Origin: Chara braunii
Lineage: Eukaryota; Plantae; Charophyceae
Reading direction: 5' to 3'
Assembly (NCBI GenBank): GCA_003427395.1
Contig: BFEA01000028.1
Location: forward strand, 318,183 to 369,018
DNA: 50,836 bases
The notes under the pieces are model-generated. The model saw nothing but the letters and a program-made list of their open reading frames with translations, was not told the origin of the DNA and did not search any database. Both the position numbers and the translations under genes were made by a program. Numbering within the stretch: the stretch's first letter is position 1; the number at the start of each line of letters is the position of its first letter. This document shows positions 23,715 through 37,499 of the stretch, piece by piece.

Positions 23715-26700
23715 CTTATAAGACCCCTCCAATCTCAAGCAAAATCACCTTTCTCCCAACCTTCCGCCTGATGCAACCCCTTGTGACAGTCTGCTTTCAG
23801 ACAGATAAACAAAACCGAAACTGTCATTACACACACATTCCTTTACTTAGTTTGGTTTGTGTCCTGACAGTCAAACTAAAAGCCAAGGTAGGGGTGCATA
23901 CAGTATACTCAGCCAAACATAGAAAGATGTACAAATAGGGGTTATACCTGGGTTTGTAGAGGGGAAGCAATGATTACCTTTCAGTTCCCTGCCTCCAGAA
24001 CTCCCCTTGAGTCCCGGCAGAGCTCCCGCAATCGGTAGGTTGACTCCTCACAGAGTCTTGCTGCGGTCCTACGGGTTGCAATCCCGCCTGCCGCCTTCCT
24101 CTCTGAACAAGATTAGACTTGGATTTAGAAAGGCAGAAATAGGAGTTTCAGACGCTCGAGATACAGGAAAGGGACACTCAACTTCCTGGAGAGGGCCTTG
24201 TTACCTTCATGTATCTGAGGGCCCCGCAATGATGGCCAAACTGCAGCAGCTTGATCCAACTCTGAAGTCAAACTGTTGAGGTCAGTTCCCTGACGACCTT
24301 CCGAATTGCCGCAACAAGCCCCTTTACAGTCTGACCACTCCACCAAGTCTCACTAGCTTACCCTCAGATGGCACCGTCGCCTAACTCTAGTGCACACCTT
24401 CCTCACACTTTGTTAGAAATGGTGGCGAGGCGTAGCAATACACAATAGAATGCCACATATTCAGCCACCTACAGTCCGTCCTTCCAAACAAGGATAGCCT
24501 CGCTGTGCAACCACACCTAAAAGGTGCGCACGACCTCCTTCAATTGGCACCAATATGTGCAATTTTACCCTCGCGGTCGGCCTCTTGGCTGCTCCAGCCA
24601 CTCCCCCGTGTTTACAGTGGACATTGTCCTTTACTCTTAGCATCGTCCATGTGACCAGTCGGACTGCTTCTCGCCAGTCACCGAGTAGGCAACGAAGGTG
24701 ACCACAACGCCCTTCTGCTGCCTTCCCAAGTTCGCAATCAGAGAGAGAATCCCTAACCGGATCACGACCAGAAACGTTGTCGACCCACTGGCACACCGGG
24801 CGGCCACATGACCCCTCCCCAATCATCCGTCACCTTGACTTTTTCTCCTACAGATCAGCAGCGCAGCACTCAGTAGGTAAGTGTCCACTCCCACAAGCTT
24901 GACCTGTTCAAGATAAACAGCACCTCGGCCGCCGGTAAGTCTTCACCCTCATGCCCCTTCTCATGCTACCTCCTCCTGTAGGACGAGTAAGAACTCAAGA
25001 CTAACCTTCCGATACAACATAGGTGGATACACCGTCGAAGCCCCCTTGGTATTTCGAAGACTTATGCCTTAGCCCGCCTTCCGACCCTCCCGTACTGTTA
25101 ACTTTTAAGGTAAGCTTCCAACCTTTTCTCATCCTCCTTTCCTTCCTCTGGTCAGCACCTACCCACACTACAACTCCGACCCTTTTAACAGATTCCGGCA
25201 GAAGGGAATGGCAGGTTGAGAAGGAAATCACTGCCTAAACTGCATGGCGGCTAGCCCTCGCGATGGAGAGGAAGAGATAGCTGGCGCCGCGAAGAAGAAA
25301 CCTTTGACAGCGATAAAGGAGAAGGCCTACAGAAGGGGGGGGGGGGGGGGGAAGGCCATCATCGAACTGAGGACTAGTCATGAAGTAGCCCGTTCACTAC
25401 GAGCAGTTGCGTGGCCTCTAGCTGCTTGCCTTCAGGAGCGGGGATGAACCTTCCCCTAAAACGTGGGCTGATACATGCAGTTTTAAATCTCCTACTCTAC
25501 TGACTGCCTAACCAATCTAACTTCAAATTGAAAGCCGCCTACCCCTAGAACCTCCACTTTAGCTTTCCCCTCGATCGATTTCATCCGAAAACGGGTGCGA
25601 CCGACGATTTTCATCCTCAGTCCTCTCCTTTCCCCGCCATAGCTCCACGCACTAACTTTCTGTACTAGCTCGTTCCCTACTAACTCAACGGCCAACCTAA
25701 CTCCATATTTTGATTCGCCAGACCAAAAGCCTCTGCGTAGCACTCTAGATGGTCAAAGAGTAATCGAATTACTCCCGTTTCGTTCCCCTTCTTCTCTTCC
25801 CTTCCGCCATCTCCATTCCTCCGCGCACTATATTCCTCTCCTACCTCTCTTTCTACTAACTTACCTCAAAATCTAACTTCACGGCTGAACTCGCCCTCCC
25901 TTAAAAGCCCCAAAACGCCTTCTTCCTCGCCTGTTTCCGCTAAGGATCGGGCGAGTTAGCTTTTTCTAACTACGCCGAACTCAGTACTCGTCATCTCCCC
26001 CGCACCTTGGCACGCAACCCGTCCGGGTTCTGTCACCCTCTTCGCTACTCCGCCTCAACCCCCGTCGCCCCGCTGCGCTAACCCCCGCATGCACCCGGCT
26101 CTACTTCGCACCCGGGTTCGCTCTCTTCGTTTTGCCTGTGGCCCCCCTACCGTCCTTCACTCCGCCTTACTCCTGCTCAGCTCTGCCATCACTCTCTTCG
26201 GTATGCATGCACCTGGCGCGATTCGTCGCCCAGGTTCACTCCCCGTTTTGCTCAGCGCTAGCGCCTACCAACTCCCTTCCTTCGCACCCGTGTCCTTTCC
26301 ACCCGACCTCACCGTGCTAGCGCTCGTCACCCGCTGCTACGTAGCGCTGCTCGTCTGCTGTTACGTAGCGCTGCTCGCTACGCTATCTACCCTGCCGCCC
26401 ACTTTCTGTCTCCCCACTCCCACTTTTGCGCTGCCCAGTATTCGGATAGCCGACGAACGACTTCTGCCCGCCGGTATCACCATGGGCTTTTACCAAATTT
26501 CCTACAACCTCAGTCTGCGCTCGATCCCTCAACAGCGCAGTGACTCTTTGATGTCCGGGGTTATGCTATGAGAGGCATCGACTTTTACTCATTCCCCCCT
26601 TTTCCCAGTCCCATCACCCCCTTTCCATAGCAGCACCGCGGTAGCCCCTACGTGGTACCCTCGTCACGGAAACTCATTCATGGCAAGTCTAGCGCACGCC

Positions 26701-27879
26701 TCCTAGGGATATGTCGTTGGCCCCGCCTGCTGCAAATCCTAATATGGGCACTAGTGGGTTGGGCCCAACGCTTTTTTTAAGTAGCAAGTATTCGAATGAG
26801 AACTTTGAAGCCCGAATTGGAGGAGGGTTTTACAAACCCGCTGGGCACTTGGCGCTGTCGTGCGCCTCATCGTTGTCTGCCCCTTCTGGCCCCAATGGGC
26901 AAGCGCACACTCAACCCTCTCCTAGCCTACGTCGGGGGCGGACTGTACATCCACCACAGCCCGTGCCACCATCGGATTGCGACCCCACAGACCCGCTCGG
27001 AATGCTCTTCAAATTCCCTACCACTTCAGGCTATCGACGCTCTCCAAGAGGGACGCGAGGGAAGCCATGACCACGGACTCCACCGCTCTCTAAATATTGA
27101 CCTCTTCGGTCCGTCTCTTCGAGACAGACCGGGTAGGGGAAATTCCGCCACCGCCCCGACACGCACGAACTCGTAGGTCAACCAAAGGAGACGCGCGCTC
27201 AAGTCCCGACCTTCCACAACGAACTTTAAATTTGGCGCCTCATCCGAGTCAAGGGACGCCGAAGTACATAAAAAAATTTAATAAATAATAACTTATTTCA
27301 AAACTTTTTAATCGTCAGCATACGACGGACTGCTAATACCGTTCCGACGCCGCCAACAACAAAACCAGGGGGAATAGCCCCGCCGGGCTCTTGACCCGTC
27401 GGTCTCGATCCTTGAATCCCCTTAACAAGAATCGTACGCCTCAACCGCTAACGCTAAACCCAAGTCTGGGTTTGGCCCTGGCGGACGCCTAAATAATCGG
27501 TCACTGCGCAACGTCCCCGCGCTACCGAAACGCCTTTAGAAGTCACTTGGCCGCCGATGCCGTCCTCAGTACGTGCGCATGAGTCACAAGTAAGCACGTT
27601 AATCAACGAGGCGTAGTCTGTTTAATCCCTATCTCATCAGAAGAAAAGAAAATTTCTGGCCGGCGGTCACGCCGACCCTTCAATCATCAACAATTAAAAA
27701 GATCACTCGCGCCTCAAGCCTGCGCGCCCACACACTCTTTACTCTAGTCAACCCTCAGCCGCAAAAATAACGGAGACTACCGCAAATCGCGTGGTATATT
27801 CAAACTGTAAATCCAAACTTAATTTCTGTCACTTGCAAAAACCAGGGCGGATACCCTTGTAAGGGTATTTGCGCCGACA

Positions 27880-29650
27880 ATGAGGCATCTGAATATCATA
27901 AAAGACGCACCTAGCAGAGATAGAGCTTTCAACCCTCACGCACCTCAGCTTTAGTCTGGTCGAGTCGTGCGAGCTCCTTGTCATCAAAAGTCAAGGTGGT
28001 AATGTGTCTGCCCTGCATGATCCGAACCATCCGTGTACCATAGAGGGAAGCCATCTGAGAGGCTAGCTTCCAAACTATAGTGCGAAACGACTGTCGCATC
28101 CGAAAGAGGTGCCTAGGCGTAGTGTCCCTAATCCGAATGACGCTGTAGCGCTCCCCGGATAGGGTAATTTTAACACTCACAATGACCCGAGAGAGGCATT
28201 GGAGGTTGCTCGAGAAATGAAAATACAAAGTATATCCATAAAATTCATTTGGAAGTCGGGCCACATTGGCACGGACATTCACGCGCGAGTCAGGGAAGAA
28301 TCATTGCCCATCTTTGAGTAACCTAGTAAAACCAACCCAATGACTGATCACATCATCTTAAACAAATAAAAGTCGCTCCGCGCGCCGAATCAACACTTCA
28401 TTCAATATGTTGTGAATCAACAAATACGTCGCTTGAGTGAGATTCCGCCGTCTGCTGACCATCTGCACATTCGAAGGAAATGTAAGTCTTGGAGACGTTC
28501 CCCGATCTCATACGCCTCACCATCAAATGCGAAGACAGAAAAACGTTCAGAGCGAAAGATACTAAATCTATTTGCTCGAATTTGTCTCACAGGATAAAGA
28601 AGACTGAAGGGACCTTGCTGATCATTCAACTATAACAAAATATGACAGAACATCCTGCTAATCTCAGGAGCGTCCTTCCTAATTTGATTTGCCTCATGAA
28701 CTACGACGAGATTCATATCTCTTAAGTCCCGGGTCGGATTAGGAGACGCAAAATCATGTCGTAGAATATGTCTTGCTCCGGAAAAACTTCATGCGGGTTG
28801 TAAACTAATCGTCCTTTCCGTATCATACCGGCACGTGATCGTGTCGACACTGCTATCCAATCTATCACCGCCTCGCGTGTACTGAATAATCGAATAATCA
28901 CCGCTTTTGTAGACATCTGGACGACAAAATAATATCTTTAACAAAATAAATTTATATACACTAATCTCTTTACTCCAACTCCCTTTTTCCTCGGGTCGTG
29001 ATTTTTCAGTCACAGTCCTATCGAGAAGATCGTACCTATTTAACACATCCAATACTATTAGGTACATGAATTGGGCTTCTTTTCACACCAGTTCACCATA
29101 CGTCAGTGACACTTAAGATGACCAAAAAGAAAAAGGTATTGACTTCAACCTTTCCCCACTTCAATGCATGGAAAAATGACTACCCTTAGCTATGGAACAC
29201 CCTACCCTCTAGAAAGTGGTCTGGAATACCCCTTTTCCTCGCACGAACACATTGTTTAGATCTCAGAAGTTGGGCTGACTCCACCACGATACAGCATGGT
29301 ATTCCCCCGTTTGAATAGTCCACTCTTGTCAATAACAGAGTCGGCTACTAAAGCAGCGAACCCCTGCCCCAGATGCTTCCTAGAGAGAAGAAGTCCCAAT
29401 CTCTAGGTGTAATAATTTTTTCTATATTTTCCACTGGGGTTTGACTTAGACGAAATGACAATAAGATAAAAAAGAATACTGAGATTGAGACTTCTTTTGG
29501 ACGGGCATAAAAAGATAAGTCATTTACGATAGAACGAAATGTCGCTTTGGAAAATTTTAAATCCTTCTCTTTGTTTTCTTAATCCGAATTTTTTTTTCTT
29601 TCTGCACCCAATATCCTTTTCCTTTTCCAATGTATTGTTTTTTATGACAT
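27880..29650 (-). repeat. Continuation of family A LTR / 3' region, copy 1
   Basis: Colinear with ~35180-36960. Similarity ends at a shared ATGACA (a possible TG... start on the minus strand). Confidence 0.8.
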
Positions 29651-29941
29651 GCAGACATGTATGAAGTCGCGGGGAGAAAAACATTTTCATCATTTCCTTG
29701 AGCAAGCATAATACAACTTTCTTCCCACATACATCATTTACCTACCTGCACAACAACAAAGAAACAACCCAAAAATCATCCATATCCCAACCAAGTCAGC
29801 CCACATTTCCCACATGCATGATGCCCTACCTTTTCCTAAATTCAAAGCCAGGTCATGCAAGGTGTGGGTTCACGCGGGTGTGTAAGGGGAACTGAGTCAC
29901 AACTGACCTTGAGTGAAGTTGACGATGACTCACTCAAGAAA

Positions 29942-30848
29942 ACCAAGTATTCTTCTCAAAATAAGATCGATCACACAACTCATAACTTGCGGCTATCCAC
30001 ACAAAAAATAATTTGCGTCCTTCTCAAGTGTCACTACGGACACAAGCGTCACTCACAAGAACTGAGCGAGATAGCCCTCGAGGAGGGTGCTCTCACCTAC
30101 AACTCCCACGAGGTCCCACGACAATAATCTCAATGACACCTCGTCCACTAAGAATAGTTTCACCTCAATCCTAAATCCAATCTCCTCCAATCACCACGTC
30201 TGACCACCAATGTCCACCACAATACGCATCACAACCTAAATTTCAACTCACTTGGTCCCAAATTGGGTGCCAAGTGGTTCCACGCTGTCGCCGCACCACT
30301 AAATGATTCTCCAAAAGGGTAACCCAGATCGAGGCGCTTGTCCAAGAATTAGTATCACTTCCGGCGTTAATGCCGTAGTGCCAACACCCAAACGACCAAG
30401 TATTATTCTCAAAATAAGATCGGTCACACAACTCATAACTTGCGGCTATCCACACAAAAAATAATTTGCGTCATTCTCAAGTGTCACTACGGACACAGGC
30501 GCCACTCACAATAACTGAGCGAGATAGCCCTCGAGGAGGGTGCTCACACCTACAACTCCCGCGAGATCCCATGACAATGATCTCAATGACACCTCGTCCA
30601 CTGAGAATAGTTTTACCTCAATCCCAAATCCAATCTCCTCCAATCACCACGTCTGACCACCAATGTCCTCCACAATACGCATCCCAGCCTAAATTCCAAC
30701 TCACTTGGTTCCAAATTGGGTGCCAAGTGGTTCCACGTTGTCGCCGCACCACTAAATGATTCTCCAAAAGGATAACCCAGATCGAGGTGCTTGTCCAAGA
30801 ATTAGTAGCACTTCCGGCGTTAATGCTGTAGTGCCAACACCCAAACGG
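29942..30848. repeat. Two tandem copies of a ~453-bp unit
   Basis: ACCAAGTATT.TTCTCAAAATAAGATCG starts at ~29942 and ~30395; units are colinear through GTGCCAACACCCAAACG. Confidence 0.9.
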
Positions 30849-32059
30849 CCACACATGCCAAATATCGTGCTGCAAAAAATCACCGTCGTAGTTTTAGAAT
30901 ACTGCCCTAAAAAATCACCAGCCTCGCCGCGCAATCTCGGCAGCACCTCCCCTTAAAACGCTGCCAAATACACCATGTTTCGGTCATCACTAACGTAAAA
31001 AGAAGATCCTGCTGCGCCGTGCAAAAATTTTGACAGCATTTTCTTTCAAAAATACAGTTGCGCAGCCTCCCCACTCAATGTCACTTGCTACTGTGCAGGC
31101 TGTCGGACAACATCTCCCCGTCGTGGGCCTCTTGCCGCAAGGTTCTAGCCCGCTGCAGCCTTATGGCAGCAGCTCACACACCAACCCACAGCACAAATAC
31201 GAAGGTGGGGAAAAGAACTCCCAGCCTTTAGTTATGGCTGCCTCCCTTCTCCTTCAAGTGCTCCTGTAGACCTCCACCACTTCGCCAGCACTCCCTCACT
31301 ACACCAGTAGCCAGCCAGCCAGCATCTACTTAAGTAGAATGCGGCTGAATGCCCCAACAGCATTGCCACAAGTGTGAGGCTGTTGGGTGGGGAACTGACT
31401 TTTATAGCTAGCCGAAGGCATGTGGGCAGTTGCTTTGCCCACAGCCAGGCAAAATTCGTTAGTGCTCCTGGCCCTTGATCTAAATCAACGGCTAGAAGCT
31501 CAGTGCCTTGAAACCAAGGTCATCCATTCTCGGAAGCACATGGCCTTCCCCACAGGCCACATGCTCCAAGAACTGGTTGTACCCAAGCAGACTGCAGACT
31601 GTTCAAAAACGAATAGGCGCAGTCTCATCACTCCCTAGAATCTTTTACCCCCTGCATCTATTTCGTGTCCGCGGCCACATACGTGGCCGTTACCTTTTTT
31701 TTTTCCTTCTTTTCTTTTCTGCTCCTTTCTTCTACCTTTTCTTCCCCCTCGTTTCTCCATGCAGGGGGCAACTCGCCGTTCAAAATGAACGGCCGCCCCT
31801 CCAATTTTTTCACAGAGTCGAACTAGAGTCAAGCTCAACAAGGTTTTCCTCCCCCAGATCGCGCGCCCATACCCGGGCGCAATTGATGCCAGGTACAAGT
31901 GACGATCTGCAGCCCGTTTTTCAAGCAAACGGGCGGAGATCTTCCCCCATAGGTCAAAGGGGGTTCCAAACGTCACCAAGTAAGTATCCTCTCTCTCTCT
32001 CTCTCTCTCCCGACAACCGCGATTGTTGCCAGCAGTGTGTGAGTTGTCGTGAAAGCCCT

Positions 32060-34238
32060 GAGAGAACTCGTAGTGGGCAAAGCGCGACCGAAAGGCGGTC
32101 TCCGGCTGGTCCTCTACGGCAATGCGGAGCTGGTGGTAACCGCTACGAAGATCAATCTTTGTGAACAAGCGGTTACCTGCCAGACGGTCAAACAACTTAT
32201 CCGTGCGAGGCATGAGATAGTTATTTTGAATAGTGTAACGACTAAGACCTCGTTACTCAATGTAGAGGCGGAGAGTTTCATCTGCTTTGCAAGCAAAGAG
32301 GATGGGTGCTCCCAGAGGGGAGTTACTAGGTTTAATAAAACCCAGTCGAAGGAGCTCCTCAAGCCGATGCTTGAGTTGTATCACCTCTGGAATCGAGAGT
32401 TAGTAGGGTGCCTGATGGTGGACACGATAATCAGACACGAGCTGGAAGAAATGCTCAACCCCACGCATCGGAATAATCCCGCTGTATGAGAAGTACGGGG
32501 GGAAAAAGTCGCGGTACTCTCAAATAAGATCGTGGACGGCGGACTCTAAGCCGGTCGTGAACCTCGTGAGTTCCTCAATGTCTGCGTTGGCACGAGACAT
32601 ATATGTGGACTCGACAATCAATGGCGTAGGGACATGGGATGTCGAGGGGGTATCCGCAGGCTGAGGAGTGAATGTAGAGATAGGAGTCGTGAAGATGGAG
32701 GAAGGGTCAGGGGGATCGGACTCTAAAGAGATGAGCTCAACCTCTGGGCAGAATGGAACACAGCGAAGAAGATCCATGACGTTCACTAAGTATAACGTGA
32801 CATTCTCTTGATGTATGGGTTGGACCCAAAAGAACGAGGGTCCTAGGGAGTTAGGTCGGGAGGGGTGTCGCCCGTGGTTCCAATGAAGGAGACTCGATAG
32901 GTTTGACCACACTTCATTTTGAGAACGAGTATCTCAGTCGCCAATTCGGCCTCTGTGTCAAGGAACTGTCGGGACTAGGGAGTGCCAAGAATGAAGTCGT
33001 ACCCAGTCTGTAGCACGTCAAAGTATGCGGAGAAATGGTAGCGTCGAGGCGCCTGGGTACTATCAGGTGGCTGGAGGGNNNNNNNNNNNNNNNNNNNNNN
33101 NNNNNNNNNNNNNNNNNNNNNNNNNNNNNNNNNNNNNNNNNNNNNNNNNNNNNNNNNNNNNNNNNNNNNNNNNNNNNNNNNNNNNNNNNNNNNNNNNNNN
33201 NNNNNNNNNNNNNNNNNNNNNNNNNNNNNNNNNNNNNNNNNNNNNNNNNNNNNNNNNNNNNNNNNNNNNNNNNNNNNNNNNNNNNNNNNNNNNNNNNNNN
33301 NNNNNNNNNNNNNNNNNNNNNNNNNNNNNNNNNNNNNNNNNNNNNNNNNNNNNNNNNNNNNNNNNNNNNNNNNNNNNNNNNNNNNNNNNNNNNGAATGAA
33401 GTCGTACCCAGTCTGTAGCACGTCAAAGTATGCGGAGAAATGGTAGCGTCGAGGCGCCTGGGTACTATCAGGTGGCTGGAGGGTGAGGAAAAAGTGGAGG
33501 TAGGAGACCGTCTGATCGAATAAGCATTCTGTCGTGTTATCTCCAAAGGTAATGGAGATAGGAGAGCGAGACTTGAAAGTAGCTAGACGAGCTTCCTCGC
33601 CAATTCGGCCTCTGTGTCAAGGAACTGTCGAGACTAGGGAGTGCCAAGAATGAAGTCGTACCCAGTCTGTAGCACGTCAAAGTATGCGGAGAAATGGTAG
33701 CGTTGAGGCGCCTGGGTACTATCAGGTGGCTGGAGGGTGAGGGAAAAGTGGAGGTAGGAGACCGTCTAATCGAATAAGCATTCTGTCGTGTTATCTCCAA
33801 GGGTAATGGAGATAGGAGAGCGAGACTCGAAAGTAGCTAGACGAGCTTCCTCAACCAGGCGAGGGTGAACAAAATCGCACTGTGAGCCGGAGTCTCATAA
33901 AGTGCGATACACCCTCATAAATGTCCCCCAGTGCATGAAAATGATGGGCAGGGTCCGATCACGGTCAGAGAGCAGAACGAGAAGACGACGCAGGACGTTT
34001 ATGTGTCTCGTGATTCACTCCTGACTGTGTGCAAAAGTGGGTACGTCTCGCAATCGCACTTGCGATAGTATAGCACCGAGAGATAAAACCCTCAAAGTGT
34101 GTGTAAGCCGACACTTAAGTGTCGACCCCTGAAATCATTGAGGGGCGCATGATTCTGGGTACCATATAGTACACCATCACTACGACTGCTTGCGTATTCA
34201 TGCATGGCTAGTTGATATGACAAAGCCTACGTCGCCGC
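32060..34238 (-). pseudogene. Second copy of the Ty3/gypsy pol 5' fragment (RT N-terminal part and upstream region)
   Basis: [50 protein letters not shown]. Colinear with ~18135-19629. Confidence 0.9.
32941..33850. repeat. Local ~260-bp tandem duplication around an assembly gap
   Basis: GAATGAAGTCGTACCCAGTCTGTAGCACG occurs at ~32989, ~33394 and ~33648. Confidence 0.85.
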
Positions 34239-36962
34239 AGTCGAGGGCGTCGGTTCCCGCATTTTTGCAAAGTTCGGAAGCCCTCTCGACCATGTCACGC
34301 AAGAGTAAAACATAAACAAAACAGAGTCAACTTGGGGACGACGCATAAATAATCCCATGAGCGACCAAGACGAGCGTAGTCGCGTTGTCCTTCGCCACTC
34401 TAGCCGGGTGCGTCTGCTGTACATCTCGTGGTCCCCTACGACAGCATAGGTTCTCGCGGGGCATAAACTTTCCTTCCCTAAGGGGGTTGTCACCACTCTT
34501 AGGGGTGTATCCCTACCGAACTACTAACCCACATACGAAAACTTTTATATGCAATCGTAGAGGTAAGTCAGCCGAGGGCGTTCGCTCGTTCGCCGTAGTA
34601 TAGGAAACACTTGGTTAAACGCGGAGTGCACCCGAACGCCGTTCATTCCCTAGGGCGTTGATCTCCTAAGTACGGAGCGTACGTTGGTCGACTAGGACGG
34701 TCTTAACCAAGCGTGAAACCCATAAAATAATCTTAGTTTCTTGACAAGTTTTTGAAAACAAAACAGTAAAGTCAATACACCTTATGTCATATCACGCAAG
34801 ATCGAGTTTTTAACTTGATGAAATGATTTGTCAAAGTTATTCCGAGTCTTCGCAGCCTATATGACGGAAGATATTTAAACTACCATTTTCTGATACAGAA
34901 GGCTTAGCTCGCTATTGACAAAAAAAATAGAAAGCACCAACATTTGAACTTCTAGTTCATTGTTTGACTTGGTGACGTTTTTTTCCTCATTTCAATCAAT
35001 TTACGCATGTCATACATTGGTACACGTTTAATTACCCCTCAATGCATAAGCATGATAGTGCAATCATCGGGGCAATCCATATATTATCCATCCAGTTGGT
35101 TGTATCTACAATTTTTTTTTTTTTTTAATTACCATCGGAGAGTCATATAGACATGAGTCTATCACAGGGACACTCAACACGGCACCTGAATATCATAAGA
35201 GACGTATCTAGCAGAGATAGAGTTGTCAACCCTCGCGGGCCTCAGCTTTAGTCTGGTCGAGTCGTGCGAGCTCCTCGTCATTAAACGTCAAGGTGGTAAT
35301 GCATCTGCCCTGCATGACCCGAACCATCCGTGTACCATAGAGGGAAGTCATCCAGGAGGCTAGCCTCCAAACTATGGGAGGAAACGGGTATCGCATCCGA
35401 AAGGGGTGCCTAGTCGTAGTGTCCCTAATCCGAATGACGTCGTAGCGCTCCCCAGATAGGGTAATTTTAACACTCACAATAACCAGAGAGAGGCATTAGA
35501 GGTTGCTCGCGCGATGAAAATACAAAGTATATCCATAAAGTTCATTCGGAAGTCGGGCCACATTGGTACGGACATTCTCAGGGAAGAATCATTGTCCATC
35601 TCTTAGTAACCAACTCAATGAGTGAGCGCATCATCTTGAACAAATAAAAGTCGCTCCGCGCGCCGAATCAGCCCTTCATCCAATATGTCACGAATCAGCA
35701 AATACGTCACTTGAGTGAGATCCCGCCGTCCACTGACCATCTGCACAGGAAATGTAAGTCTTGGAGACGTTCCCCAATCTCATACGCCTCACAATCAAAT
35801 GCGAAGACAGAAAAACGTTCAAAGTGAAAGATATTAAATTTATTTGCTCAAATTTATCTCACAAGATAGAGAAGACTGAAAGGACATTGCTAATCATTCA
35901 ACCATAGAAAAATATGAAGGAACATCCTGCTAATATCAGGAGCATCCTCCCTAATTTGATTCGTCTCATGACTTACGACGAGATTCATATCTCTTAAGTC
36001 CCGGATCGGATTAGGAGGCGCAAAATCATATCGTACAATATGTTGTCCGTGCTATGCTGTAAGAACATAACTTCGTGGAGGATTCCTCACGCTTTCATCC
36101 CAAAATCGCGGTTCGTCTTGCTCCGGAAAAACTTCATGAGGGTTGTAAATCAATCGTCCTTTTTGTATCATACCGGCACGTGATCGTGTCAGCACTGCAT
36201 TTCAATCGATCACCGCCTCGCGTATACTGAATAATCGAATAATCACCGCTTTTGTAGACATCTGGACTATACACTAATCTCTTTACTCCAACTCCCTTTT
36301 TCCCCGGGTCGTGATTCTTCTGTCACAGTCCTACAGTGAAGGTAGTGCCTATTTGCACTCCATCCAATACTATTAGGTACATGAATTGAGCTTTTTTTTG
36401 CACCAGCTCCCCATACGTATGTGACACCTAAGATGGCCACAAAAAAAAGGAACTGACTTCAGCCTTTCCCCACTTGAATACATGGAAAAATGACTACCCT
36501 TAGCTACGGAATACCCTACCCTCTAGAAAGTGGTATGTTATACCCCTCCTCCTCGCCCGAACACATTGTTTAGATTTCAGAAGTTGGGCTGGCTTCACCA
36601 CGATACAGCGTGGTATTCCCCCGTTTGAACGATTCACTCTAGGTCAATAACAGAGTCGGCTCCTAAAGCAACGAACCCGTGCCCGAGATGCTTCCTAGAG
36701 AGAAGAAGTCTGAATCTCTAGATATAATCATTTTTACCTATACTTTTCACTGGGATTTGACTTGGACGAAATGAGAATAAGATAAAGAAAAATATTGAGA
36801 TTGAAACTTCTTTTGGGAGGGCATAGAAAAATTTTTAGGTAGAACGGGATATTCCCTTAGAAAATATCAAATCCTTCTATTTTTTTTTTTAATCATAATT
36901 TTGTTTTCCTTTCTGCACCGAATATCCTTTTCCTTTTCCAATGTGTTGTTCTTTACATGACA
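34239..36962 (-). repeat. Family A LTR / 3' region, copy 2 (likely 3' LTR of the element at 37.5-43.8 kb)
   Basis: Its left end matches the PBS-adjacent LTR end at 43774, and it lies downstream of the integrase. The inner boundary and PPT were not identified. Confidence 0.75.
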
Positions 36963-37499
36963 ATAAATAATTGCAATAAATGTCTTTGTGGATAACACTC
37001 AGTGCTATCCTACAAGCCATATAATGCAAATTATATATCATTATCCTATAACATTTTACAACAAAACATACATCAAGTAACAACATACATTTTCACAGAG
37101 AGTTTCATAACATTCCAGTGTAAAAATATTCTAAAATTTGTATTGCATCACATTGCATTGAAAAATGATAAGCAATCATTCAAAATTAGAAGTCGAAATA
37201 AAATTTTTAATCCATCCATAAATATTTCACAAAACTTTCTATGAACAAAAGTCGTAGATATTATTAATTATTACAAAACATGGAACCATAGACCTCAAAT
37301 TAAATCCAAAAAAAAAAAAAAATCAAAGTTAAATCCTCTCTTTGTCCGATCTTAGATAATAGTCAGTAATTAATGATCCCAAGTATAAAAATAATAAAAG
37401 AAGAAAAACAACTCTTCCATCATCTCTCAACGAAGTTTTATATCTAGTGAATCTTTTTATTAAGTCCTTGGAATGAATATCCGCAGATGCAATCCTGAT

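Larger units (their letters stand above)
20540..27879 (-). mobile_element. 7,340-bp non-coding insertion, probable giant solo LTR (family B, distantly related to family A)
   Basis: Termini TGTCG...CGACA. Flanks ATGT/ATGA form an imperfect 4-bp TSD. The empty site is present in the paralogous copy at ~35170-35190. The first ~330 bp resemble the family A U5 end. No recognisable coding domains. Confidence 0.8.

Noticed and set aside
32989-33483. Third real tandem copy spanning the 33079-33393 gap
   Set aside because: The ~85 bp on either side of the gap appear identical, so this is probably an unmerged contig overlap.
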